NCBI GenBank assembly: GCA_016748015.1
Contig: JAAOMT010000109.1
Coordinates: forward strand, 207,820-271,819
DNA length: 64,000 nucleotides
Direction of reading: 5' to 3'
Origin: Geosiphon pyriformis uo1
Lineage: Eukaryota > Fungi > Glomeromycota
Shown here: in pieces, positions 1-13,447 of the stretch
Layout: each line of letters starts with the position of its first letter
How positions within the stretch are numbered: the stretch's first letter is position 1
The notes under the pieces: generated by a model
Database searches by the model: none
Told to the model about the DNA's origin: nothing
The model's input: only the letters and a program-made list of their open reading frames with translations
Made by a program: the position numbers and the translations under genes

Positions 1-1905
1 TTTACAGATTACAAACTAGACACCAAAAAATTTACTGCAATTTCTTGTTAAATTAAGAATTAGTTTTGTAAAATGTTTTTTGGCAGATCTAGTAAAAATA
101 TTTTTGAACAACAATATTTCTTTAGCAAACAAATTGTTTTGTGTATTTCACTTTTCTGGTTGCTTTTTAATATCTGAAATTTTGAATGGTTTATATTATT
201 TTAATGTAATTTTATTTTTAAAATAACTTGATATTGTTGTTAGTAATCAATTATTAAACAAACACAGCTTAGTTATGGATTAAAAAATCATTGTTGTTAA
301 AAAAAACTGAGTTTAAAAAACCCAATATCAGCATGGTTTTTAAAAGCTTTAATTTATATGAATAATTCTTTTATTAATTTTGTAAAGAATAACTTTAACT
401 CTAACTGTTCAGATTTTTATGATTTAAGAGAATTTTTGAATATTCAAGAATATTTGTATAAATTATAGACAAAAAAAATTAATGTATATATTAATAGTTC
501 TTTGAATAGTTTGGGTACTGTTAATATAGTAAGTAAAATAGTAATATATTTTTCTAATGTTGAAGTAAATTTAGGTGTTAAAGTTTTTGGTTTGCTGTTA
601 TTAACAATATTAGAATTACAGGCCATTGTTTTGGCTTTGGAATATGTTTCCTTTTTTTGTTTGATAGTTTTACATATAAATAGCCAAACTGTTATATATA
701 TATATATATTAAAGCTTATGTTTTATGTGCTTAATTTCTATAATAAATACTGGATTAAAAAGTGGCATATGGCTAATTTAATTAAATTTAAAAACATTTT
801 TATAAAGTGTGTAAAAGTCAAAGCCACTCAAAAAATGTTAAAAATAACAAAGCTAATGTTTTTGCAGATGTTGTAATATGATCTGATGTTTTTTTACTTA
901 TTAATGTATATAAGAAGTTTGTCTTGGCAAATAGTTCGATTGTTTTAAACAATGTTTGTCATTTTGTTCACAATATTTATTAAATAATTAATTAGGCTTA
1001 ATAAGAAGCAGATTCAAGTATAAAAATTTTGTGAAATTCTTTTATTTGAGATATTAATTAGTATTATACTATTTTAGTTTGACATCTTAATTTTTATATG
1101 CTTTTTGGTTTTACCAACAGACTTTCAGCAATTTTTTATATATATCTAATAAAGACAGTTTATAAAAGACTGTCAATTATAGTTAAGAAAAAACTATTTA
1201 ATAAGAGATACTTAAATGTGTTATATCTATTTTGTAATAATATTAAACTGTTTAATTATGTTTTTATTTATCCAAAAAAATTTTTAGTGTATTTTAAGAT
1301 TTTGTTAGATTATGTCAAATTATGGAAGTTTTTAGTAGGATCTTGCTTTTTACCAACTTTTTTAATATTGCATATTTTCTTTTTGAAAATATTTAACATT
1401 AGTATTTATAAAATTCTGTACAAAAGTTTGTTTTTAGAAATTAAATTAGTAAAGCAATATTGAAATTTGAGGATAAAAAAAAGTTATAATGATAATGACT
1501 AATTTTATCTGACATTTTGTTAATATATATTATAGTAAACTGTAGAATTTTAAATCAAAATATAAGATTAATATAAAAAAAAATGACTTAATTAAGAACA
1601 AAAAAGTGTTGCCTAAGGTATATAGTGATCTGTCTGGCTTTTTTTCAACAAAAATAATTTGTTTGTTTGGAATTATTGAATCTTTTGTTGTTTGTTTTAA
1701 ATTGTATAAGACTTGTTTGTTTTTTTAGATTTAGATAATAGGTTAGGAATCAATATAAATATATAGTGTAATTTTAATTGGCTTAAGTAATTGGTTATAT
1801 ATAGTAAGTATATAAGCCATATTTAGTTTAAATTATTTAGTTTGTTTTTATATATTAAATAATAGTTAGATTGTATTTATTAATAAATAATAATAATAAT
1901 AATAA
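1..1905 (+). mobile_element. Degenerate non-LTR retrotransposon (LINE) ORF2 3' end: RNase H + zf-RVT-like domain, 3' UTR and (TAA)n tail
   Basis: 481-876 reads NVYINSSL...ELQAIVLALE...LHINSQ...KVK, a transition-mutated RNase H pattern (VYTDGS / ELQAI.LALE / SDSQ / KVKGH). 1160-1275 reads KRLSIIVKKKLFNKRYLNVLYLFCNNIKLFNYVF, a decayed zf-RVT-like pattern. Ends in a TAA repeat at about 1881-1905. Truncated by the window start. Confidence 0.8.
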
Positions 1906-1949
1906 AATATTAATAGTAAAAAACTGTTTGATAATTTTTAAAACATTTT

Positions 1950-2600
1950 TTTATTTTTAATTAATAGTTTTCTCTAATCAAAATTTTTTCTAATAAATAT
2001 ATTTAAATTAGTCTTAATATTGTTTTTATTTTTTTTAAAAACTTAAAAGTTTTTAATAATAAGCCAGTTAATAAGTTAATCTTTTTTGTTTTTATTATTA
2101 ACATTATTACTACTATTTTATAAATAATCAAAAAAACCAAAAACTTTAAAAAATAACAGCAATTAGTTTTTTTTCTAATATAAACAATAACAATAACAAT
2201 ATATTTTTTAAGATAAATTAAGATTAATTACTAATTGTATTGTTAAATATAATGTTTTTTTAAAAATATTTTTGGTGTTATTACTTTAATTAAATTAAAG
2301 CTTGTTAACTTATAGTCATATATTATTATTTATTTTAAGAATTTTTTTTTTGTTGTTATTATCTTTAATAACTAGTTTGTAATAGTTAAAAAAAATAGTA
2401 TTTTTTATTTAACTAAAAAAAATTATTATTTTAAAAAATGCTTTTAAAACCAAGTTAATTAATTTTTTTTTGGTTATATGCTTTTGAAATCAATATTTTA
2501 ATTTTTTAAATTAATAATCATATTTGTTTTATTTTTTATTTTTTTAATTCTTATTATTATTAATGAATAATTAATTAATTTACTTTTAAAAAATATAAAA
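1950..2600 (+). mobile_element. Heavily decayed, internally deleted copy of the ORF1 element
   Basis: 2041-2166 aligns by eye to 2871-3006 (tttttaataataagccagttaataagtt vs tttttaataacagaccagtcaacaagtt), and 2437-2500 aligns to 3849-3910. Boundaries are approximate. Confidence 0.7.
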
Positions 2601-4975
2601 ACTCTTTCTCTCTTAATTTTCATGATCACGAATAGAGCTAAGAGTAAAAAAGTTGCAAATATTACTTTTCTTATAGTAACTAATAAAGTTTCAACACGAG
2701 AGGGCCTCTCTGTTATTAAAGCAGCTAGACAAAACATTCTGGCAACATTTTCTTTAAAAAATATTAGTGATAAGCTGCCTTTAGCAGCTTCAGATTCATT
2801 TTTTTCTCCAGTTAAAGTTCCTTCAAAAAGGCACATTTGGGTTAGTCCCAGTATTGTCTCTACTACTTCAAAAAGCCCAAAAATTTTTAATAACAGACCA
2901 GTCAACAAGTTGGTTTTTTTTGCTCTTATCACTCCCACTACTATTTCTACTACTACTGCTTCACAAATGGCCGTGAAAGCAAAAAATTCCAAAAAACAGC
3001 AGCAGGTAGTCACAACTGCTATAGTCACACCGAATCTCTTTGTGGTTTTAGATGAGATCTTCAGTAAGATTTTTACAGCAGCAGCCAGCCTTCTTACTGA
3101 TATAGATGGCAACAGCAGCAGCACATCTCTCAAGATGGGCCAAGATTAACCACTGGTTGTGTTGTCTGATGTAGTATTTTCCAGCAAATTATTGTCAATC
3201 CCAGTAGCAAAACAGTCTATCAATCTAAATAATTTCAAAGATTGGGCTGATTAAATAGAAATAGAATCAACTGTCCCTCCCCCAGTTTCTGGTACTGCTA
3301 ATGGTAGTGCTTGGAAGAATGTAAATGGTTATCAGAGATTTTCTGGTTGGGTGGTCTCCAATCTGGTACCTGGTGTTACATTTAAAATCAAAATGGCCCT
3401 GTTTAGTTCCTTGTTTCAGTTGCTGCCTGGTTGTATTGGGCTTAAGTCAGTTTCACAAGATGCTGTTAAGTTGTTCTATATAGAATTTGTATCTCAGAAG
3501 AGCCTAAATGGTGTTACCAAAGTGGCCATTAGTGATAAGGTTTTTTTGACCACTTTTAAGATTGCACAATCTTCTGGTGTGGCCTCTGTTTCTTTCCCTT
3601 CCTTGTCAGTTGCACTGCATGACATACCTTTGAGTACCTCTTTTGATGACATCAAAACTGCTCTTGGCATTTTTGGTGTTGTTATTTTTGTTAAGTTGAA
3701 GTTTGCTGGCTTATGGCAATATGCTGTGGTTAATTTTAAGAACATTTCTTCTACTGCTGCTGCTCTCTTTAACTGGTCTGTATTGGTCAAAAAAAATAGT
3801 ATTAGGATTCTTCTTATTGTTAACCAAAAGAAGGTTATCTTCTTAAGAAATGCATTCAAAGCTAAGTTGGTCAATCTTTTATTTGGCTGTACTGCTTTTA
3901 AGATAAGTAATTTGGTCTCCTAAGTTGGTGGCTGTACATGTTTCATTTTTTGCTCCTCTAAATCTTATTGATGTCAACATTTTGCTGTAGTTACCTTTGA
4001 TTCTTTGGAATCTCTGAATGTTGCTGTGTCAAAAACTGGTACCTTGTGTGATTGTCGCATCTGGTGAGAAACTTCTGGGTGTCACTGCTGCTACAGGTGT
4101 TAAAACTTGAATTATTTGGCTGTGGACTGCAAGAAGTTGCCTTTTCTCCCACCTAAACTCCCTTTCAACACCTTTGGTGGTCCCAAAAATTTCAAATCTT
4201 CATTTGTTGGATCTAAATCATATGTCAAGCCTATTGCTTTTGTGGTTTTTCCTGGTGCTGCTGCTGCTAATATGGACTTGGATCTTGGTGGTCCTTTCAA
4301 AACTGTGACATCTATGTTGCCTGCTGTCTCTTCTGTTCCCAATAATGCTGTTGAATATCCTGCTGTTGGGTCTAAATTGGACTCTTTGGAAAAGCAAATT
4401 TCAGATTTGGCTGCTTTGGTAAAGTCTATTGTTGAGCCTATTGGCTCTTTGGTTGCCTTGGTATCTTGTCTCCTTAATAATAATACTGTTAAAACTGTTT
4501 AGGTTGAGAAAGATCTCCTTTCTATCAAATATGCTTCTAACAATTTTGCCAATCTTTTGGTTGGTGTGTCTAAAAATATTGCTTGTCTTAGATCTGAAGT
4601 TGACTTTGATGGCATGGATTATGATAATATGCAGGCTGCCAAACCTTCTCTCTTGAATAAGAATACTGTTGAACATATTATAGCTTTGTGGCAGATGTCA
4701 GGTGCTAAGGTTAGGAGTAGTATTGAATTTACTAGATTATTTTTTAGTGAGTTTATTTTTGATTCTAAGAATTTAAATGGTGTTATTGAAAAAATTTGTG
4801 AGTTGAAATTATTCTCACTTTTTATTGTTTCAGCTTAGTTAGTGCTTTGACTGACTCAGGTAGTTTGTTACATATAGAAAAATACAAGATTCATGTCTAA
4901 TTTGTAATCTCTAAGTGGTGCATAGTATTAGATAGTGTTTGGATACACTTTGTTAAAACATAATAAAAAAAAATT
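2600..4975 (+). mobile_element. ORF1-only (gag-like RRM + CCHC knuckle + coiled coil) non-LTR element, pseudogenised, with short 3' UTR and A-rich tail
   Basis: One reading frame from 2622 to 4838, broken by in-frame stops. It contains RRM-like segments (VALHDIPL..DDIKTALGIFG..YAVVNF; AKLVNL..FAVVTFDS), a decayed knuckle CYRC*NLNYLAVDC at about 4088-4130, and a heptad SKLDSLEKQISDLAALV. About 130 bp of UTR then aataaaaaaaaa follow; no endonuclease or RT follows. Confidence 0.8.
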
Positions 4976-5880
4976 AATGATTTATTGTTATAATATTTAA
5001 CTTTTGTAAATTTTTGAATTTTTTTTTATAAAAACTGGTATTTTATATAAATATTATATCTGATAAAAAACTTTTAAATATTATTATTGTTATAAGTATT
5101 AAAGTCTAAATTATTTATCTGTAAATTATAAGATATTATCATTTTTTTTCTTTAGTTATTTATTAAGTTTGTTGTTAATTCTAAGTTTTTTGTGTTATTT
5201 TTTGTTAGTAAAAAATTTTATGTTGAAATTTTTGTTCTTTTGGCTTTTTTTTGTTGTCTTTTTGACTATTTTTATTGTTAATTCTATAATTAAATTTAAG
5301 TTAAATTCTTTAAAATCTTAGATCTTAAGTTTAGCTGCAGTAATTAAATTTATTATTAAATTTATTGGCTTTTTAATTACTTTGATCATCTTTTTTTTAA
5401 ATAAAAAAAATCTATTTATTATAGTAAATATTTTTAAAAACTTTGCTAGTTTTTTGGCTAGTATATTTAAGAATTTGTTAATCTTAAAACTAAAATAAGA
5501 TTTGGTAATATGAATAAAAATGAAATTAATATTGCTAAAACATCTTTTTTAAGTAAAAATATTTATAAATATTTGGTTGTTTTATAACAAATAACTGGTT
5601 CTAATATTAAAAAAAATATTGAAAAACTAAATTGTTTTTTAGTAAATTTGTTTTAAATTTTCAAAACTTGAATGATATTATTGAGAGACTTAATAAACTG
5701 GATTTATTTTCTGTTTTTTTTTGGTTTAGTTTAATTAGTGCTTTAATTTATTTAAGTAGTTAATTATATATAAAAAGCATGTAAAACACATTTAATTTAA
5801 GTTAATTTTTTTGACATATTGTATTAGATAGTATTTGAACACACTTTGTTAAAACATAATAAATAAATAAATAAAAAAAA
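4976..5880 (+). mobile_element. 5'-truncated, more decayed tandem copy of the ORF1-only element
   Basis: 5031-5130 aligns to 4032-4133. The 3' terminus gtattagatagtatttgaacacactttgttaaaacataataaa (about 5821-5863) matches about 4926-4968 with transitions only, and is followed by an A-rich tail. Confidence 0.8.
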
Positions 5881-6690
5881 TTATTTATTTTATTAAAATT
5901 AAAAAAATATTTAAATATATAATAAAATTATAAACTTATTAAAAAAATTTTTATTTAGTTTAAAAATGTATTTTACAACAGAATAAAATAGTTCTAATAC
6001 TTAAAATAAATATAATATACCAAAACCAATTTCTTTTAACCAAATTATAATTTAAAAATGAAAATATATTTAGTTAATAAACATATTTTTAGTAAACATT
6101 ATTGAAAATAGAATTATCTTTAATAATATTGATTTTATTACTAAAAAACATTTTGGTCATTGTTTTTTTTTGTTTTAAATATAAATATAAAATTTACAAG
6201 CCTAAGAACGAGATTTTTTGAAAAATCATAATTTAATATATTTTTAATTAATTCATTTATTTTAAATAATAATTATAAAAATAATTATATATTTTATAAA
6301 TTTTTTGTTTTATAATAATAAATTAATAATTAATATATAAAATTAATTATAATTATGTATATTTTTAAAACATGAAAAATTATTTATAATTTTAAACCAA
6401 TAAATAAGCCTAAAATTTGAGCAATTAATATTTTCTGTTTTGGTAAAATTATACTCGATAACTTATTGGATATGACAAATAGCTTTTTATAACATTTATT
6501 TTGCGTAAGTCTCACATGGTAGATGTTACATGCTCATACCTCACTACAGATAAATATGCACTATCCCAAATCCAGCAAAAGGGCAAATCTACAAAGGAAC
6601 TTATGCAAACGATCCCTCTGATAGATCAAAACTCTTTTAACCCTTTCTCTCCAATTTGCCTAAACGATTAAAACCTTTCGCTCGTTCAAG

Positions 6691-9600
6691 ATGCTGCCCG
6701 ACACAACGGAGCAGATTAACGATACTTTTGTCCAAAATGACACACCCAACGAAGCTGACAAAAGCATAGACGCGAACACTTCTGCTATGCAGTCTATACA
6801 CGAAGATTTGTTGGAAGAAAAACCGGAGCAAACTTCATCAACTGTGTTAGTTAATGGACTGAATCATTCTCACAATGAAACTTCAAAATCAGATTCTCTA
6901 TCAAAGGTTGATCATAATCAAGGCGAAGATGATTCCGAAACGGAAAGTGAGACTGAGTTAATGTCTGGCATCGCTCCATCAGCGCCGATAAACGGAAGCC
7001 AAACACGAGATTTAGAAGCCGAGCGTAAAAAACATCTAGAAGCCATTTTACAAAAAGAAGATGGTGAAAGTGAAAACGATGATGAGCCGATGACCGACAT
7101 TGATCAGGACCAGGATTCGGAGCATGATTTAACTATTCCCCAAGAAGGACTATGTGTTGAATGTCGGGATCAAGTATGAATATTATAGATCACACCAATT
7201 TTCTAGTGTTTTATACTCTAGTAAACGCATTCACAATCAATTTTTCTCTCACAATTACAGGAATCGTCTTTTTACTGTGAGCAATGCACCGAGGATTTTT
7301 GTGAAATGTGCTTTGCTATGCTTCATCGTACTGGAAATCGACGAAAGCATACAAATAAAAATACACGTAGTGACACTCTAAAAGTCCCCTCCAAGAAAGC
7401 CACGAAGACATCCAATTCCGCTCATTCATCCACCACAGATCTCAGTGTAGCTGAGGTGCGTCAATTTGTGAATTCGTCCTTCAATGAAAATTTATCAATA
7501 AAAATTAAAATTCCTCTATTAGGAGATGACTGAATCTGAATTGGAAGTAGAGTTTCCTAAAACTACAATAATTTCAAGTGGAAGTTCAAAAACTTTCGGC
7601 GATTGGCTTCAAGCACGGTGTGAATTTATACCAATTCGGCTAAATCTAGAAGAACGGAAGTCATTACGCTTGTATGTGATTCCTGAATTATAAATTTTTA
7701 AAAGAAAAGCATGAAAACAAGAACCAAGAACTAACATATTATGTCTAATATAGATTGGAAGCTGCACTAAGTGTTTCAGGTAAGCTATTCAGCATATATT
7801 TTGTGGGCTAAATTACTCGACTAGCAGGTTTTCTGATCCGTTAATTTAACAACTTACAGAGTATACGGATAAGATTGATATAATATCGTATACGAGCAAA
7901 TCCAGGCGTATCTTTCATCAAATAAAAGATCTCTGTGCTATTCTATCTGGATTATTGGTATGTTAACTTATTATGCTTGATGACTCAAAAACTCATTTGA
8001 AGCTAATTACCCTGAATTTTTTTTTAGGTTGCTAGGTACAGAAAACTGCTTCAATAGCTTTGCTCTTTAATTTGCATGTACGCTTAAGCGTCTTCCTTCG
8101 ATTTTTCTGTTTAGCGATTACAAGAAGGGCCAAGAGCTTTTTGCGAATAAAGAATTTAAAGAAAATGAGGAGTTTTTTCAAATAATTTTTGAAGTTGGAC
8201 GAAGGCACAAAATTATGAATCCCGAAAAGATGCGGGATGTTTACGGAAAATTGATGTACATGCTCATGGTAGGTAATTCTTATACTGGCATAAAAATATG
8301 AGCGTTTTCCGAATTGTTTATCTCATTTTAATTTCAGGACTCTGTGATCGAGGATGTACAAGAGATGCTTTCTTTCAGTTTAATTGCTCCCATTAAAACT
8401 GTCTACAATTTTTTGAAAGATCATAATGGCTTGGAATTACTTCACCACGAATTAGTAGTAACAGCAACTAAAGAAATAATTGCGGACGGGAAAACGCGCA
8501 TTCAAGTTCAACGAGAGATAAAAGAAAAAGAACGAGCAATTGAAATGTTAAGCCGTAAGTTTAGCCATGATGATCTCTCATCAGATCAAATAAAGCAATG
8601 TTTATACAGCATTGGTGACAACCACGCTTACTTGAGGGCAAATCGGTAGTTATTTCAAAGTCACATCGGAAGATTGTCTCTCAAATTTTTGCTTTGTATT
8701 AATCTATAACCTTGCAAATAAATAGTGATTGCTGCGATCGTATGCTTCAATATTTGACGTCACACTTTAACCCGCTAAAAGCAGAACAAGATTACTCTTT
8801 GGCTATTCGTTCCGGGAATCACGGTGCTCGTCTGTCTCACACTCATGAAATTCAATATTTTTACGCGTAAGCTCTCCACTTTAACAGTTTTTATTGGTCT
8901 TGTGTGATTCTAGAGTCTTGAAATATCACTGGAAAATCTAACGGGTATCTGCTTTTTTTTTAAAAAAGAAATCAAACACTTTCGCTTTGGCGTGAAATCC
9001 AAAATGAAATGTTTATGTTATGGTCTTTGGCCGACCGTGACTTACTCTCCGATTTAAATTCCTACCGACTACGTGATACAGGCCAAGGGTTAAACAGAGT
9101 TCAGTCATGCCCAAATGTGTCCAAAGTAATGCACACCATTCTGCATCGTTCTCAGCAAAAAGCAGGATATTGGGTTGGGAGCTCTGTGATTCATTTAGGC
9201 GACAAGAATGTCCCAAATGCTCTCATGTTTATTGACAAGGTATAAAAATCTAATTATTCCCTTCAATAGAATTTTTGATTGAATTACATTAAAATAGTTC
9301 TCATCAATCTTTTTAGTATAACCAAGTTTCTCGTATTCTCAACCCTGTTTTAATATGCCTGGATGGTATTGAACCCATGGCGCAGAAAAACGAAGGAATA
9401 CAAGAATACATTGATAGTACTTTTGGTGGAACTGAAAAACTCAAAAAGGATATTCTGGTGGACTTTTTCCGACATGCTTTTGATGGAAGTGGTGCTGATA
9501 ACTTTTTTGATGCGGGCAGTTGTATTGATGGACGTTTGACAAGTGCATGGAATTGGTGTTCACTGATAGAGAAAAAGTCATATTTTCCCGTTTTCCTGTT

Positions 9601-9718
9601 AACGGTATGTGTTTTTAACCCTTTAACAATGTGTTTGATAAAAACTATAATTTTGCTAATAAACCTCCAATTGCTCGCACCACAGGGTTTCGTTGGATTT
9701 GACGGTGGTGATTTTTAG
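6691..9718 (+). CDS. UPF0652/DUF2009 family protein with acidic N-terminus and B-box-type zinc finger (multi-exon)
   Basis: Splicing 7173/7261 gives CVECRDQESSFYCEQCTEDFCEMCFAMLHRTGNRRKH (B-box). Family-type motifs IP.RL..EERK, EYTDKID, RHKIMNPEKMR..YGKL, GARLSH.H, GQGLNRVQ.CP, WVGSSVIHLGD.NVPNALMFIDKY, FFDAGSCIDGRLTSAWNWC, GFVGFDG. GT-AG introns; TAG stop at 9716-9718. Confidence 0.88.
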
Positions 9719-10129
9719 TGAGTAGAAGGCTTACTGGATTGTGAATCTTACATTTATGATTGTGACTCCACAAGAAATTTATTGATAGAAAGGAAGGTAT
9801 TGGTGTGAAGTCAAATCCAATACCTATCTTAATAGATTAAAAATTGGCATTCCGAATTTATACAATTTGAAATTATATCACAAATTAATAATATTCAAAA
9901 GCGCTAAATTAAGCGCGAGTGTTGAAACTTATTTCTTCCAACCTATTGACTGACTCCATAGGTTCTGATTTTTACAATCAGACGCAACAAAAATATGGGA
10001 GTTTGTGGAATAATAGCGCTGCTGAAAAGGACCGATTAGCACGTGACACTCATGTGAAAAGTATAAAGTTTGCTTCTTAATATACTTGCAAGTTTCAATT
10101 AAAATTAAATTTAAGAAAATTACCATTAA

Positions 10130-10971
10130 TGTTAATTGAAAACATTTAAATAAAATTTTAAAATATATAAATAATGTAACTTAAATGAAAAATATTTTCT
10201 TGTTATAATTAAAAATTTTACACCTATTAATATAGCAATTAAATTTATTTATATTAATTATTAATCTGATTTTTAATTAAATTATATAAAAAAGATTTTT
10301 TAAGGCTATGAAAATTATTTGAGCTTGTATTTATTTGATCTGATTTAAATTTTTAATTAAAGTTAATTTATATTGTTTTTTTATTGTGTTTATTAAAATT
10401 AATTTAAAAAGCAAAAAACTTGTTTTTATAATTTATCAAATAAATAACTGTTAAAAATATTTTTTATTGTTATTAAATTCTAAAAATAATAATTAAAACA
10501 TAGAATTTATAAAAATTAGATTATTCTTTATTAATAATTACAAACTATTTTACAACTTTTAAATTTTTTTAAAAAAATAACAAGTATAATTTTAAAACTG
10601 ATTGTTTTTTGTTTAATTATATTTATATTATTTTTAATTACTTTTTTTTAGTTATAATAAAATAAAAAAAATTTTTAAATTTTTAAAATTAACTTTGTTA
10701 TTTATTGAATAAAAAATTACATATAATTAACTTTTTTTAAATATATATTCTTTAAATATACATTTTTTTTAAGTATATAATTATTATTGTAATTATTTCA
10801 ATTATATTTTGTAAAACTTAATATTAATATATTAATAATTTAAAAATTTTTTGGTTAATTTAAGTATATATTCAAATTAAAATATAATAAAAAGTTCAAA
10901 TGTTTTATTAAAACAAGTCAACATTAAAACTTTTCAAGCTTAATAAATTTATAAGTAATTTTTAATTTTAC

Positions 10972-11003
<32 letters not shown>

Positions 11004-13440
11004 TAATTAATTGTTATTATAAATTATATGTAATAATCTTATTAATTATTTTTTAAATTGATACTTTTTTAAATACACACTAAAAATTGCTACTTATAAT
11101 GTGTATTTTAAAAAAATTGACTTTATTTTGTTATAAAAAAAACATAAATTTATTTTATTGTTGACTTTAAAAACAATTTGAACCAAATTAAATTTTTTTA
11201 ATTAGTAATAATATAATAAACAAATCCGAAAATTTTGAGCTGCACTCGTTAATTAATAAAAAAAAATTTGAAAATGATTTTTTATTAAACATTTAATTAA
11301 AATTTATAATAAAATCATTTCAAAAGCAATAAAAAAAAATAATTGCAATAATTAACTATTTTATTTAATTATATTTTATTTAATTATATTTAATTAAATA
11401 TATTTGATTTTTAATATTAAAATAGCTGTGTATTAATTTTGTTGAAATTTTCAATAAATAAAAAGTAAAAATTATTAAATATTTCTTATTTTTAATTTTT
11501 TTTTAAACAAGTTTAATATTTTGTTAAAAGTCATAATAATTTACTTTAATCAAATAATTTTTTTTTGAAATAAGCTTTAACATAAAATATTTAAATTGGT
11601 AATACACTTTTTAAAAATAACAATACAGAACAAAAAAAAGAAAATTTTTTATTTATGTTAATTTAAATAATCAAATTTAATAAAAAACCAAAACAGCAAA
11701 CTTTTTAATTATAAAAGATTAAAAAAAGCAAAATTTAGCTTAAATTTTAAATCCAATAAAAACTTTCAAAATTTTATTAAAGTTAAAACTACGAAAAATT
11801 TTATAAAAGTTTAAATCTTATTTATTAGCAAAATAATCCAGCTCGTATTATTTTTTAAAACTATTAAGTATTTTTGTTAAATTGGTTTATAAACAATAAC
11901 AATATTATTTTCTTAATTTGCAAAAGCCAAAATAATTGATTACTTTATTAAATAATAAACTATTAGTTGATATTACCATACAATACATTTTGAAAATAAT
12001 TAGCAGAAAAATAAAGTTATATTTGTTAAATTATAAAGTCAATATTAAAGTCAATATAAAACAACAAATGACTTGAAAAAGTAAAAGTTTTGTTAGATTA
12101 TAAATATTAAAAACTTATTGGTTAAAATAATTTAATAGTATTAAAAAAAGATTTTGCAAGAAAAATAAACATTATTTAACATGTAATCAAAACTAAAAAT
12201 TTGATTATTTATTAAAAAATTTTTTTTAAAAGTTGACAAAAAACTGTTTTTATTACAAAATTTAAAATATACAATTCATATTTATGATATTTAGATTAAT
12301 TAATGCTTTTCTTATTTTTTATACCAATTAATTAAAACTTTGTTCTGATTTTATTGAAAAGCATTAAAGTATATTTTAAACATTTGGAATAAGTTTTTAT
12401 TTTTTTAAAAATATTAAACTTTAAATTAATTTTATCAAATTATTATTAAAGTACTTACTAAAAAAAGCTTTTCAAATCTTAAAAAAACTTATTACTAATT
12501 TTAAAGCAACTTAATATTTTGCAATAAATAAACTTGAATATAAATAAATAATTTGAATATTCAACTTATACAAATATGATTATAATATTTAATATTGCGA
12601 AAAAATTAATTATTAAAACTCCAACATTTTTTAGATTACCTATTTAATAATAGTACATTTGTAAAAAAAACCAATTTAATTATTACTAAATTGCTTAAAA
12701 CTAAACATAATAATAAATTTATATTTTGAGGAGCTTTTTTTCTGTTAAAATTAGTTTAAGAAGTAAAAGAATTTTTTTGGTAATTTATTGAATAAACAAC
12801 TGTTGAAATAATTGATATCTGTTTTATTTTTGAAAAATTAATAATTGTGATTTTGAGGCTGATTACATTAATTAAATCGCTTACACATTCAATATTTTCT
12901 TTTGCTTAAAATTCTTTTAGTTAGATTTAGTTACTTTTCTATCTGTTATTGTGTTACTTTAATTCATAAAAATAAAAATTAGATATTATATTGCTTGTAA
13001 AAAATAATTGCAGTTATTGTAATATATGAATTTATTTTAAAAATTATTGGAATTAAATCACTTAATTCTTTAATTACAGTTAATTGTAAACATTCTTAAA
13101 ATAATCAAAAATTTTAAATTTAATTTAAAATATTATCTTTAGTATAAAAAATAACAGGTTTAATGATTTTACTTTAATTAATCATTTTTAAACTTTTTTT
13201 AAAGATGATAAAACTAAAATTTTATTGTAAAATTTTTTAATTCAATAAATTTTTAAATATTTTTTAATAATAAAAATCAAAAATTATAATTGACAATATA
13301 TAATTTTTGATTGTTAATTGATTTAAATAAATTATATAAAAAAAGGTGATATAGTTTATATTTAGAAATATATAATTATTTTAAACAAATTCCTTATAAA
13401 AAAATTAATTAATAAGATAAGTTTATTATAAAAGTAAATG
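10130..13440. mobile_element. Extremely AT-rich tract, probably fully decayed transposon relics
   Basis: No ORF of 60 aa or more; very low GC; composition like the recognisable decayed copies; TAA run at about 10975-11000. The family could not be assigned. Confidence 0.4.
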
Positions 13441-13447
13441 GAAAGGT

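Noticed and set aside
2498-4676. Minus-strand ORFs over the ORF1 element (2498-3133, 3494-3874, 4112-4342, 4401-4676)
   Set aside because: Antisense to the recognisable plus-strand gag-like frame; no motifs.
1-5880. Telomeric retrotransposon array
   Set aside because: No evidence of a chromosome end, the least decayed copy is internal, and a related copy lies interstitially at 54-55 kb; kept only as an analogy.
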